Below, one piece after another: positions 1-9,356 of a stretch of 55,030 nucleotides of DNA. The DNA comes from Archangiaceae bacterium (GTDB taxonomy: Bacteria > Myxococcota > Myxococcia > Myxococcales > Myxococcaceae). The notes under the pieces were generated by a model. It worked only from the letters and a program-made list of their open reading frames with translations. It was not told where the DNA came from and made no database searches. The position numbers and the translations under genes are program-made. How positions within the stretch are numbered: the first letter of the stretch is position 1; the number at the start of each line of letters is the position of its first letter. The stretch lies in contig JAYVCD010000239.1 in NCBI GenBank assembly GCA_043750125.1, forward strand, positions 1 to 55,030. Direction: 5' to 3'.

Positions 1-692
1 TCTTCGTCCTCGGCGCGCCGGGGTTGCTGCTTGGCACGCTGTTTTTGCTCTCGACCCTGAAGATCGTCCCGCTCGAGGTGACGGTGACCAATGAGAAGGG
101 CGAAGAAGTGAAGGAATCGTTCTTCTCGTCCGGCGGGGTGAGCGGAATCAAAGACATCTTCTCGGGGGAAGGCGCACGCAAGAAGGCTGAGGCCGAGAAG
201 GCAAAGCTGCTCGCGACCGAAAAACGCCGGCGGGAAGCGATCGCCGCCCGAGCCGACAAACCCGACAAGCCGGTAGCGGGCAAGGCCGTCGACCCCGCCC
301 TGGCCTTGATCTACGGAAACGGCACCGAGAAAGAAGCCAAGGGCCCCCGGGTGCGGCTCGAAGATCGCCCGAACCAGAAGTCGGTGGATACCGCCGGCCT
401 GACCCAGGAAGCGAGCCAGAAGGTGATCGCCGACAAGATCAAGGGCTTCGAGGGTTGCATCGAGCAGGCCCTGCGGCGCAACCCGAACCTCTCGGTCGGT
501 CCGATCGACGTGGTGCTCAACGTCGGCGCGTCGGGCGCGGTCATCTCGTCCAGCATCGTCCCGGCCAAGCACAACAATTCTGACTGGGGACAGTGCATGC
601 GCGACGTCGCCAAGCGCATCGTGTTTCCGAAATCGGACGGCGATACCGAAGTCAGTCTGCCTCTGAAGGTCGGCGTCGCCCTTTCGCCGTAG
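1..692 (+). CDS. 5'-truncated membrane protein with AgmX/PglI-type (TonB_C-like) C-terminal domain, gliding-motility GltJ/AgmX-like
   Basis: Frame is open from the window edge. TM segment, charged linker, then CIEQALRRNPNL...G.V.S...WGQCMRDVAKRIVFP...SLPL, typical of myxobacterial AgmX/PglI C-terminal domains. Confidence 0.6.
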   Translation, partial: FVLGAPGLLLGTLFLLSTLKIVPLEVTVTNEKGEEVKESFFSSGGVSGIKDIFSGEGARKKAEAEKAKLLATEKRRREAIAARADKPDKPVAGKAVDPALALIYGNGTEKEAKGPRVRLEDRPNQKSVDTAGLTQEASQKVIADKIKGFEGCIEQALRRNPNLSVGPIDVVLNVGASGAVISSSIVPAKHNNSDWGQCMRDVAKRIVFPKSDGDTEVSLPLKVGVALSP

Positions 693-714
693 ATCCACTA
701 AGTCTGGCGCGCAC

Positions 715-981
715 ATGTACCTGGGACTGGTCATCGGAACTGTCGTCGCGCACCAGAAAGCCAAGGGGCTCGAGCGTCAGCGGCTGCTCGTCGTTCAGCC
801 CCTGGATCACTTGCGCCAGCCCTCGGGGCCCCCGGAAGTGGCGGTGGACACCGTCTCGGCCAGCCCCCACTCGCTCGTCTACCTGGTCGGCAGCCGCGAG
901 GCGGCGCTGGCGTGCGACCCGTCTTTTGTCCCAGTCGATGCGGCGATTGTCGGGTTGGTCGACGAGGTCGACCTCTCATGA
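715..981 (+). CDS. EutN/CcmL family bacterial microcompartment vertex (BMC-P) protein
   Basis: 88 aa: MYLGLVIGTVVAHQK...VAVDTVSA...GSREA...VDAAIVGLVD, the BMC-P signature. Confidence 0.93.
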   Translation: MYLGLVIGTVVAHQKAKGLERQRLLVVQPLDHLRQPSGPPEVAVDTVSASPHSLVYLVGSREAALACDPSFVPVDAAIVGLVDEVDLS

Positions 982-1259
982 ATCTGTGCCGGGTGTTGGG
1001 CACCGTCGTCGCGACCGAGAAGCACCCGGCGTTTCACGCCCGGAAAATGCTGGTGGTCCAGCCCCTGGACGAACAGCAGCAGCCGATGGGGAAGAGCTTC
1101 CTCGCCGTCGACCATTCCTCCTCGGCTGGAAAAGGGGACGTGGTGCTGGTTTTGCGCGAAGGCAGTGGCGTGCGGCAGATCCTCGGCGACAAGACGCTTC
1201 CGATTCGTTCGCTGATCGTCGGGGTGGTCGACCAGATCGACGTCGTCGGGAGCCGCTAG
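978..1259 (+). CDS. EutN/CcmL family BMC-P protein (second paralog)
   Basis: ATG at 978 overlaps the upstream TGA (ATGA). MNLCRVLGTVVATEKHP...AVD..SAGKGDVVLVLREGSGVRQ...IRSLIVGVVD. Confidence 0.93.
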   Translation: MNLCRVLGTVVATEKHPAFHARKMLVVQPLDEQQQPMGKSFLAVDHSSSAGKGDVVLVLREGSGVRQILGDKTLPIRSLIVGVVDQIDVVGSR

Positions 1260-1264
1260 CCCTC

Positions 1265-1924
1265 ATGCCGCTGGCTCCATTGCCGAAAGTGCGTGCCCAG
1301 CTGGTGGCTGTCTCACGGCAGCTGCATGCCAATGGGTGGGTGGCCAACCACGATGGGAACGTGTCCGTGAAGCTCACGGGCAATCGCTTGCTGATTACCG
1401 CCACCGCCATGTCCAAAGCGGACATCGACGACGGGGCGTTGCTGATCGTAGACCTCGCCGGGAAGGTGCTCGAGGGCCGTCGAAAACCCTTCTCTGAGCT
1501 CGAGCTGCACCTGGCCATCTATCGGGCCCGGCCCGAAGCCGAGTCGGTGATCCACGCTCACCCTCCGGTGGCGACCGCTTTTGGGTTGGTGGGCCTCGAG
1601 CTGGCTCCCATTGCGGTGCCGGAAATCGTGGTCTCGTTGGGCGAGAAGATCCCCACCCTGCCCCGGGCGCTGCCGAAAGACGAAGAGGCGCTCAAGCGCG
1701 TTTCCGAGGCAGCCCGGCTGTACGACGCAATGCTGATTTCGGGGAACGGCGCGCTGACCTGGGGCACGGGCCTTCAAATGGCCCTGCTGCGGATGGAATT
1801 GGTCGAGCACTACGCAAAAATCCTGATGGCCGCAAAATCGCTGGGCGAGGTTCCGGCGCTGCCGCCCGCCGAGCTGGGGAAGTTGCTGGAAGCACGGAAG
1901 AAAGCGGGCCTCGGCCCTCGTTGA
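1265..1924 (+). CDS. Class II aldolase/adducin family protein
   Basis: True start ATG 1265 (MPLAPLP). Motifs DGNVSV, SELELHL, IHAHPP. The longer 593..1924 ORF is an in-frame artefact. Confidence 0.9.
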   Translation: MPLAPLPKVRAQLVAVSRQLHANGWVANHDGNVSVKLTGNRLLITATAMSKADIDDGALLIVDLAGKVLEGRRKPFSELELHLAIYRARPEAESVIHAHPPVATAFGLVGLELAPIAVPEIVVSLGEKIPTLPRALPKDEEALKRVSEAARLYDAMLISGNGALTWGTGLQMALLRMELVEHYAKILMAAKSLGEVPALPPAELGKLLEARKKAGLGPR

Positions 1925-2292
1925 ACTTTCGATCGACCTGTCGGGCAATCACCCCCGGGGCTTTTTCGTATTCAAGAGCGAAGGTCACAACATCGAGGTC
2001 GGTCATGTTCAAGAGTCAGCGGGAAAATGCAGGGATGGCTGGGTTGCTGGGAATCACCGGGCTGTTGGCGGCCTAGATGGCAGTGGGTGGGGTGATGTGG
2101 AGCTCCTATGTCTTCCCGACTTCGGAGCCGAAAATCACTGCCAGGTGGTGTGCCGTCAGACCGTGGGTCACGCGAACGGCTGATTTGCAGTCGTAGGGTC
2201 TTGTAAAACGAAGTGCAGATGTGGTTGACGCAGTTCGATTCTCTGGCAATTTAGGCAATCACCGTTTTTTGCCCCGGAGAATCACCAAACCA

Positions 2293-2946
2293 ATGAAGCC
2301 CACTCTCAAGTTGATCCTTGCCTCGTGTGCCGCCGTGCTCGCCGTTCAGATGTTCTCGTGTGGAAGCTCAGGAACCGGGGGCACCGGCGGCGGTAACGGG
2401 ACAGACGGGGGCACGGGAGGAGGCCGTGCAACGGGAGGCGGCACTGGAACCGGCGGAGGCACCGGAACGGGCGGCGGCACTGGAACGGGAGGCGGCAGCG
2501 GCGGAGGTGCGGCGGCCTGCAACACGATCAATGTCTCTGCACCCTGGACGGTCTACCCCAACCCCTACCTCGACGGCGGAGCCAACCCGGTGCAGGGGAT
2601 CATGGGCACCGTGAAGTCCTGTACTGAAAATTCCAAGAGCCGGGTGAATCTCAGCGTCAGCATGGTGGCTGCTTCTCGCGCCTTCGGAGCTCACGTTCAC
2701 GTCGCTGCGTGCGACGCCGGCCAGGGTGGCGGTCACTACCGAAACGACGTGGACGGTGGCGCGAGCGCGCAGAATGAAGTCTGGCTCGACTTCACCAGCA
2801 CCGCGACCGGCACGGGCACCGCGGACAACACCGTGAACTGGGTCATCCGCCCGGGCGGCGCGAAGTCGGTCGTCATTCACGATCACACCTCGGACGTAGC
2901 GGGCGTGGCTGGAGCGAAGCTGGGCTGCATCGACGTTCCCTTCTGA
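2293..2946 (+). CDS. Lipoprotein with Gly-rich linker and C-terminal Cu/Zn-SOD-like (SodC-like) domain
   Basis: Signal/lipobox MKPTLKLILASCAAVLAVQMFSC, (GGGTGT)n linker, then GAHVH..C...GHY...NEVWLDF...SVVIH...GAKLGC. Confidence 0.75.
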   Translation: MKPTLKLILASCAAVLAVQMFSCGSSGTGGTGGGNGTDGGTGGGRATGGGTGTGGGTGTGGGTGTGGGSGGGAAACNTINVSAPWTVYPNPYLDGGANPVQGIMGTVKSCTENSKSRVNLSVSMVAASRAFGAHVHVAACDAGQGGGHYRNDVDGGASAQNEVWLDFTSTATGTGTADNTVNWVIRPGGAKSVVIHDHTSDVAGVAGAKLGCIDVPF

Positions 2947-2958
2947 TTCGAACCCTGG

Positions 2959-2994
2959 CGCGGTGCGAGCGCATGCTTTTCGGCTCGCACCGCG
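2959..2994. terminator. Inverted repeat between convergent genes (probable bidirectional terminator)
   Basis: Perfect 12-bp stem CGCGGTGCGAGC / GCTCGCACCGCG with a 12-nt loop, between the stops at 2946 and 3010. Confidence 0.65.
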
Positions 2995-3009
2995 ACAGTG
3001 TCTTTGCTG

Positions 3010-4824
3010 TTAGTTGACGACGATGTTGACCGGGGTCGAGAGCGCACCGAAGCGCACTCCCGGGTCATCAATCATTCGCCACTGGAAGACGAACGTGCCG
3101 GCCGTGGCGGGCGCGGTGACCGAGAAGGTGAACGTATTGGTCGAGTTGAGGTTGATCTTTTCAGTCGCGCCCAGCGTCACCCGGCTCTTGCCCCAGCGGG
3201 TGTTGTCGGAAGGCGACTCGGACGCGAGCCGGAACTGATTCAGCTCGGTCCAGGACGTCGAACCGGTATTCCTGAACGCCACCGTGACGTTGAAGACCTG
3301 GCCGCGGGTGACCGTGGTGGGCACCGTCTGCGAGACGAAGCTGGAATTCTTCGGAGCGCGGTTGAGCATGCTCTCGAAGACGACCTTGCGGCGCGGAAGG
3401 AACGTGCCGCTCAGCGCGGGCGAGACCGTGAAGCGAGCCCCATCAGGCCCGGTCTCACTCGACTCGCTCACGTGGGTGAAGCCTCCCGAAGAAGGCCAGG
3501 TGAGGCCACCGCCGAGGTCAGCTCCGTTGGAAAGCTCGTGGCAACCGGCGCATGAGAGCGCCTGCGCGCGCGCGACAATCTGATCGGGCGTCAGCGTGCT
3601 GCCGATCGCCGTCAGCTTGGACTGAATGGCGGTCCGAAAAGGGCTGGCCGCCGTGCCGAACGCCGCGGTGTAGAGGCTGGCCCCAGACTGCGAGTCGCTT
3701 TCGCCGGCGTTGAACTTGTCGTTGGGCGCGTAGTTGAAGGTGTTGATGTCGTTCACCGCCAACTTCGCCACGCTGGCCGAAAACGAGGTCGTGCCCGTGC
3801 CTTCGAACTCGGCCTTCAGCGGTTGGGTCGAGGCCGACCGGAAGAGGTCGGCGAACGGGTTGGTCTTGTCGGTGGCGGGCACGAAGCGCATCGCACAGGT
3901 GGTGGCCGTGGGGCAGGTCTTGTTGATCTTGAACTCGCGCAGGTTCCAGTTGAATTGCATGAACTGGTTGGTGCGCACCTGGCCGGTGGGGCGGGTGGTG
4001 GCGTTGCCGTAGTTGTCGATGTGGATGACGGGCGAGAAGCCGGTGAGGCCGGTGAAGTAGAAGCTCTTCAGCAGCGGAGCGCGCTCGGCGGCAGTCTTGG
4101 TAGACAGGCTCGCCCAGAAATTCAAGACCGGCCGACAGCCTTCGATGCCCAGGTCGAGGCGCGGGTTGGCGAGGGCCGCCTCGAAGATGATGAAGTTTCG
4201 GTTGGTGAAATTGGTGAGCCCCGAGCGGCGCGCGAAGATGACGCGGTATTCGCCGCACGTGGCCCCGTTCGACGGAGCGAGATCAAAGCGGTTCACCACT
4301 GCGATCGGCAGGTACGAAGCAATCGACGTGGTGGGGTTGAGGAACGGATCGAGGCTGGCCTGCGAGCCTTCGACGCGCGGGCAGACGTGGGGGAACCCGT
4401 TGAGCGCAGGAGCGCCGCCGACGAGCTGATCGTTGCAGTGCGCGCCCAGGCCGAGGCCCGGACCGGCGTTCTCGGTGTCCCACCACTGGTGGAACAGCGC
4501 GAGGCTGGTGAGGCCCGTGACGCCGCTCTGGGCGACGAGCTGGTCCATCACTCCTTTGAAGGTGAAGCCCGAAAGGATGACCTGGTCGGTGACCAACAGC
4601 GACTTGCGGGGGTCGATCACCACGGCGGCGGCAGTGACAGGGTCCGACGAGGAGTCCACCGACAGCCCGACGCCTCCGCGGTCGGAAGAAGCCGCGGCTT
4701 CGTCCAGCGCATCTTCGTGGGTGTCTGCGTCGTCGGGGTTGGGATCCACCGCGCCCACGCCGCAGGCTGCTGCGAACAGGACGAGGGTGCTGGTGAACAA
4801 TGTGATCGACTGCGAGCGTCTCAT
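3010..4824 (-). CDS. Secreted lipoprotein with one CxxCH (c-type heme) motif and C-terminal NBR1-type Ig-like domain
   Basis: ATG 4824 after AAGGAAG. Lipobox FAAAC, CAGCH motif, and C-terminal SFVSQTVPT...NTGSTSW...FQWRM Ig-like domain. Confidence 0.7.
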   Translation of the reverse strand: MRRSQSITLFTSTLVLFAAACGVGAVDPNPDDADTHEDALDEAAASSDRGGVGLSVDSSSDPVTAAAVVIDPRKSLLVTDQVILSGFTFKGVMDQLVAQSGVTGLTSLALFHQWWDTENAGPGLGLGAHCNDQLVGGAPALNGFPHVCPRVEGSQASLDPFLNPTTSIASYLPIAVVNRFDLAPSNGATCGEYRVIFARRSGLTNFTNRNFIIFEAALANPRLDLGIEGCRPVLNFWASLSTKTAAERAPLLKSFYFTGLTGFSPVIHIDNYGNATTRPTGQVRTNQFMQFNWNLREFKINKTCPTATTCAMRFVPATDKTNPFADLFRSASTQPLKAEFEGTGTTSFSASVAKLAVNDINTFNYAPNDKFNAGESDSQSGASLYTAAFGTAASPFRTAIQSKLTAIGSTLTPDQIVARAQALSCAGCHELSNGADLGGGLTWPSSGGFTHVSESSETGPDGARFTVSPALSGTFLPRRKVVFESMLNRAPKNSSFVSQTVPTTVTRGQVFNVTVAFRNTGSTSWTELNQFRLASESPSDNTRWGKSRVTLGATEKINLNSTNTFTFSVTAPATAGTFVFQWRMIDDPGVRFGALSTPVNIVVN

Positions 4825-4866
4825 GAGGTCTTCCTTGTCGAAGTGCTTCGGTGAGCTCAGTCGCGA

Positions 4867-4883
4867 TTGCAAGCCATGGCCCT
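4867..4883 (-). promoter_or_regulatory. Possible sigma54-type -24/-12 element upstream of the CxxCH lipoprotein
   Basis: Minus strand reads AGGGCCATGGCTTGCA (GG-N10-GC with TTGC). The -24 match is only partial. Confidence 0.25.
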
Positions 4884-5267
4884 TTTGTCCCACCTGGTGC
4901 GGTCGAGTGGGCGTCGGGCGATAAGGGCCCGTTACTCCTCGGGCGCACGGTCGAAGATCTGACCACTCGAGTTGGCAGGTGTCCTGGGGCGAAGGCAATC
5001 GGCTGACCTGAAATGTGAGGACCGGCTCTCAGATTTTCGACGCGCCCCTCGAAGCAACTTCTTCGTTCAGTACAGCGACGGATCTTCGGCAGCGAAAAGG
5101 AGCGCGGCGTTCGGGGGACGAAGGCGCGCAGAGCAGGGCAGGAGTCGGACAATGACTCACGTCTGGTCTGTGGACAGTTGCCTTGATTGGGTCGCTTTCT
5201 AGTGAGAGAAATACCGGGTGAGCGCTTTGTTCGAATTCGAGTTGAGCCCTTTTTCCTGGCCGTCCGC

Positions 5268-6869
5268 GTGCTGACTCTGGGCGCGGCCAAAGCAAACCAG
5301 GTTTCGCGGGTCGCCTCGCTGATTTCGATCGGGCTTGGCAGCCTCGTTATCGTCGGCTCTTTTGTCCATCAGCCGGTGCTTTCGAATCTGTTCTCGGGCT
5401 TGACGATGAGAGTCAACGCCGCGATCGGGTTCATTGGCTCGGGGTTGGCTCTGTCGCTGCTGACGGCCCACCCGCTGACGCCCTCGCGCGCGCGAATCGC
5501 AGCCGGGCTGGCCACGTTCGTCGGTTGCCTCGGGGCACTGAGTCTTTTCGAGTATGTGTTCGAAGTCGACCTGGGGATCGACCAACTGGTGTTCACCCAC
5601 CCCCCCGACCAGGAGGGAGTCCTCGCTCGGGGACGAATGGCACCGAACACCGCAGCTGCGTTCATGTTGATCGCCGGGGCGCTGCTCACACTCGACCTTG
5701 AAATCCGCGGCAACCGCCCCGCTGATTATCTGGCACTCGGCGTGGGGATCATCGCCTGGACCGCGGCCTGTGACCACACCCTGCATCCTCAGTCGATCAT
5801 CCGGCTTGCCCCCTATCGCCAGATGGCGATCTACACGTCCCTGGCCTGTCTGGCGCTGAGCGCTGGGGTGCTGTTCGCGCGGCCCGGCCAGGGGTTGGCG
5901 CGCACGTTCACTGCAGAGGCCGTGGGGGGCGTGACCGCTCGCCGCCTGATGCCGGCGGTGTTTGTGATCCCCGTGCTGCTGGGCTGGCTGCGGTTGAAAG
6001 GTGAACGGGCGGGCCTCTACGACACCGCGTTCGGCGTTTCGCTGATGGCGACCGCCACCGTGCTTCTTTTCGGGGCCACCATCCTGGGGATCGCCAAATC
6101 GCTCAATCGCCAGGATTTGATCAAGCGGGCACTGGAAGAGGAACAACTGAAGACCCAGGAAGATCTTCGGGTTGCCCGCGATGCGGCCGAGGCCAACAGC
6201 CACGAGCTCGAGGCCTTCAGCTATTCGGTCTCACACGACCTTCGATCACCACTTCGGAGCATCGATGGCTTCAGCCAGGCGTTGCTCGAAGACAGCGGCG
6301 AGAAGCTCGACGCCGAAGGCAAAGACCACCTCAATCGCGTCCGGGCTGCCGCGCAGCGCATGTCTGAGCTGATCGACGACATGCTGCAGCTTTCAAAGGT
6401 GACCCGCGCGGAATACAAGAACGAAAAGGTGGACTTGAGCGCCCTCGCCCACCAGGTGGCTGGAGATCTGAGCCGAGCCAGCCCAGATCGGGTGGTGCGC
6501 TTCGACATCGAAAAAGGCCTGACCGCCCAGTGCGACGGCCGACTGGTTCGCCTGGTGATCGAAAACCTGTTCGGGAACGCGTGGAAGTTCACGTCCAAAC
6601 GCCCGTCCGCCACCATCCGTTTTGGAGGCCGCCTCGAGCGGGCGCTGCCGTGCTGGTTCGTTCAGGACGACGGGGCAGGTTTCGACATGGCCTATGCGGG
6701 CAAGCTGTTTGGAGCCTTTCAGCGGCTCCACCCGGCCGCCGACTTCGAAGGCACTGGGATTGGACTGGCCACGGTGCAGCGCGTGGTGCTTCGCCATGGT
6801 GGGCGCGTCTGGGCCGAGGGCAAAGTCGGCGAGGGCGCGACCTTCAGCTTCACCCTGGCACCGCAATAG
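5268..6869 (+). CDS. Membrane sensor histidine kinase (multi-TM sensor + HisKA + HATPase_c)
   Basis: About 8 TM segments, H-box FSYSVSHDLRSPL, NAWKF, DDGAGF, GTGIGL. Start uncertain (5187-5268). Confidence 0.9.
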   Translation: MLTLGAAKANQVSRVASLISIGLGSLVIVGSFVHQPVLSNLFSGLTMRVNAAIGFIGSGLALSLLTAHPLTPSRARIAAGLATFVGCLGALSLFEYVFEVDLGIDQLVFTHPPDQEGVLARGRMAPNTAAAFMLIAGALLTLDLEIRGNRPADYLALGVGIIAWTAACDHTLHPQSIIRLAPYRQMAIYTSLACLALSAGVLFARPGQGLARTFTAEAVGGVTARRLMPAVFVIPVLLGWLRLKGERAGLYDTAFGVSLMATATVLLFGATILGIAKSLNRQDLIKRALEEEQLKTQEDLRVARDAAEANSHELEAFSYSVSHDLRSPLRSIDGFSQALLEDSGEKLDAEGKDHLNRVRAAAQRMSELIDDMLQLSKVTRAEYKNEKVDLSALAHQVAGDLSRASPDRVVRFDIEKGLTAQCDGRLVRLVIENLFGNAWKFTSKRPSATIRFGGRLERALPCWFVQDDGAGFDMAYAGKLFGAFQRLHPAADFEGTGIGLATVQRVVLRHGGRVWAEGKVGEGATFSFTLAPQ

Positions 6870-6936
6870 ACGGGCCCAGATGCCAACTCTCACTCACTTG
6901 TCTGGCACCCGCAGCCTTCGTGCCCGGAGGCCGTGA

Positions 6937-8850
6937 ATGGGTACACCCCTGGCGGTGTTGATGGTCGAGGACGTCGAAGGCGACGCGGCATTGATTGTCA
7001 GAGAGCTGCGCCGCGTCGGTTATGACCCCACCTTCGTGCGGGTCGAAACCCCAGCCGATTTCTTGATCAACCTCGCCGGCGGCAGCTGGGACGTGATCCT
7101 TTCTGATTACGGTTTGCCCAGCTTCAATGCGTCGATGGCGCTCGAGCTGTTGCAGCACAGTGGCCTCGACATTCCGTTCATCATCGTTTCGGGCACCGTG
7201 GGGGAAGAGACGGCAGTCGAAGCGATGCGGGCCGGAGCTTCTGACTATCTGGTGAAAGGGCACCTGATGCGGTTGGGTCAGGTCATCGCCCGCGAGCTGC
7301 GCGAGAAAAGCAGCCGCGCCGAACAACGAACAGTCGCCGCGGCGCTCGAGAAGACCGAGATCAGATTTCGCCAGCTGATCGAAGGCCTGCCCGACATCGT
7401 GATCGTCAGCGTCAAAGGCAAGATCGCCTACCTCAACCCGATGGCCGTCAAAGCCCTGGGCTACGCCAGCAACGAAGACCTTCTGGGTCATGCGCTGCTG
7501 TCCATCGTCCACCCTGACGATCGCGAGAAATCGGCCGAGCGCCTCGCCAGCGTCCTCGCTGGGGCGATCGCCCCGGTGCTCGAGCGTCGGTTGCTGCGAC
7601 GCGACGGCAGCGTCATTCACGTTCAGCTCAGCGCTCAGCTCGCGGTGCTCGAATCGGAGCCGGCGGTCGTCGCGTTGGCGCGCGACATGAGCGAGCATCG
7701 GCAAACGCAGAACCAGTTGATGGTCTCCGAACGGATGGCCTCGGTGGGAACGCTGGCCGCCGGGGTCGCTCACGAAATCAACAACCCGCTGGCCAGTGTG
7801 CTGGCGAACCTGGACTTTGCGCTTGCCGAGCTGGGCGATTTTCCACAGCGAGAAGCCCTGTCCCCCGAAGTGATTCGGTCGTTGCGCGAGGCCCGGGAAG
7901 CGGGGGAACGGGTTCGGAACATCGTTCGTGACCTGAAGATTTTCTCGCGGTCGGACGACGCCGATCGCCGGGGGCCAGTGGACGTTCAGTTGGTGCTGGA
8001 ATCTTCGCTGCGAATGGCCTGGAACGAGATTCGACATCGGGCGCGACTGGTCAAAGACTTCGGGCCGGTTCCCCGGGTGCTGGCGAATGACGCGCGGCTG
8101 GGACAGGTGTTCCTCAACTTGATCGTGAACGCGGCCCAGGCGATTCCCAGCGGTCGCGCGGAAAAGAACGAGGTTCGGGTGGTCACCCGGGTCATCGACG
8201 GCAAAGTGGCGATCGACGTTTGCGACACCGGGGCGGGGATGCCGGCGGCGGTGTTGAATCGACTGTTCACTCCCTTCTTTACGACCAAGCCGATTGGGCT
8301 GGGCACGGGCATTGGTCTGTCAATTTGCCATCGGATCATCAGCGACCTGGGCGGAGAGATCACCGTCGAGAGCGAAGTCGGCAAGGGGACGACGTTTCGC
8401 GTGTTGTTGACCGCCACGAACGAGATCGAAGGAAGACGGGCCACCGCCGTGCCACACCCTTCCCGCCCGGGGCGCAGAGGCAGAGTGCTGGTGGTCGATG
8501 ATGAAGCGGCGATTGGCCGGGTGATCGAACGAACTCTGCGCCGCGAGCATGAAGTGACCTGCGTGCTCAACGGACATGACGCGTTGAAATTGATTTCGGG
8601 CGGTCAGCGCTTCGACGTGATCCTGTGCGATTTGATGATGCCCCAGATGACCGGCATGGAGCTCCACGCACGGCTGTGCAGCGCCGCTCCAGATCAGGCA
8701 GAATTGATGATCTTCGTCTCGGGCGGCACTTTCACGGCTGAGGCGAGAAGCTTTCTCGACCAGGCCCCGAACCCGCGCATGGAGAAACCTTTCGATGCCC
8801 ACCAGCTTCGGGTCATCGTCAATGACCGCGTACTCAGTGCAGTCACCTGA
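6937..8850 (+). CDS. Hybrid histidine kinase REC-PAS-HisKA-HATPase-REC
   Basis: N-terminal REC (VEDVEGD..ILSDY), PAS (IVHPDDRE), AHEINNPL, PFFTTK..GTGIGL, C-terminal REC (VVDDE..CDLMMP). Confidence 0.92.
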   Translation: MGTPLAVLMVEDVEGDAALIVRELRRVGYDPTFVRVETPADFLINLAGGSWDVILSDYGLPSFNASMALELLQHSGLDIPFIIVSGTVGEETAVEAMRAGASDYLVKGHLMRLGQVIARELREKSSRAEQRTVAAALEKTEIRFRQLIEGLPDIVIVSVKGKIAYLNPMAVKALGYASNEDLLGHALLSIVHPDDREKSAERLASVLAGAIAPVLERRLLRRDGSVIHVQLSAQLAVLESEPAVVALARDMSEHRQTQNQLMVSERMASVGTLAAGVAHEINNPLASVLANLDFALAELGDFPQREALSPEVIRSLREAREAGERVRNIVRDLKIFSRSDDADRRGPVDVQLVLESSLRMAWNEIRHRARLVKDFGPVPRVLANDARLGQVFLNLIVNAAQAIPSGRAEKNEVRVVTRVIDGKVAIDVCDTGAGMPAAVLNRLFTPFFTTKPIGLGTGIGLSICHRIISDLGGEITVESEVGKGTTFRVLLTATNEIEGRRATAVPHPSRPGRRGRVLVVDDEAAIGRVIERTLRREHEVTCVLNGHDALKLISGGQRFDVILCDLMMPQMTGMELHARLCSAAPDQAELMIFVSGGTFTAEARSFLDQAPNPRMEKPFDAHQLRVIVNDRVLSAVT

Positions 8851-8880
8851 TTTGCAACAATCACAAATTCCAGGAGCTCG

Positions 8881-9312
8881 ATGACGAAGCGAATCTTATT
8901 GATCGAAGACAACCCGGATGACGAAGCACTGACTCTTCGGGCGCTGAAGAAAAACCACATCCTCAACGAGGTCTTCGTCGCGCGCGATGGGGTCGCGGCA
9001 ATCGATTACCTGATGGGCACCGGGCCTCATGCCGCTGAACCGCGGGTCCTGCCCCAGCTGGTCCTTTTGGATCTCAAGCTGCCGAAGCTCGATGGGCTGG
9101 AAGTACTGCGTCGAATCCGTTCTGACCCCGCCACGCGGTTGTTGCCGGTGGTGGTGTTGACCTCCTCAAAAGAGGACCGGGACCTCGTGGAAAGCTACAG
9201 CCTCGGGGCCAACAGTTATGTGCGCAAGCCGGTGGACTTCGTTCAATTCAGTGAGGCGGTGCGCAACCTGGGCCTGTATTGGCTGGTGCTGAACGAGACG
9301 GCTCCCACCTAA
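8881..9312 (+). CDS. Single-domain response regulator (Rcp1-like)
   Basis: IEDNPDD, LLDLKLP, LTSS, GANSYVRKPVDF. Confidence 0.92.
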   Translation: MTKRILLIEDNPDDEALTLRALKKNHILNEVFVARDGVAAIDYLMGTGPHAAEPRVLPQLVLLDLKLPKLDGLEVLRRIRSDPATRLLPVVVLTSSKEDRDLVESYSLGANSYVRKPVDFVQFSEAVRNLGLYWLVLNETAPT

Positions 9313-9356
9313 GTCTGCCCCCGTTGCGCGCAGGGGACTATGTTCTCACCCCTCCC

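Noticed and set aside
593-1924. 443-aa ORF as an aldolase fusion
   Set aside because: The N-terminal half overlaps two clear BMC-P genes in other frames. The real start is 1265.
1925-2220. Possible gene remnant in the intergenic gap
   Set aside because: The minus frame looks codon-like but has several stops and no family I can recognise.
5268-9312. Kinase, hybrid kinase and Rcp1-like regulator triad as a novel system
   Set aside because: A common two-component arrangement with nothing unusual in the motifs.
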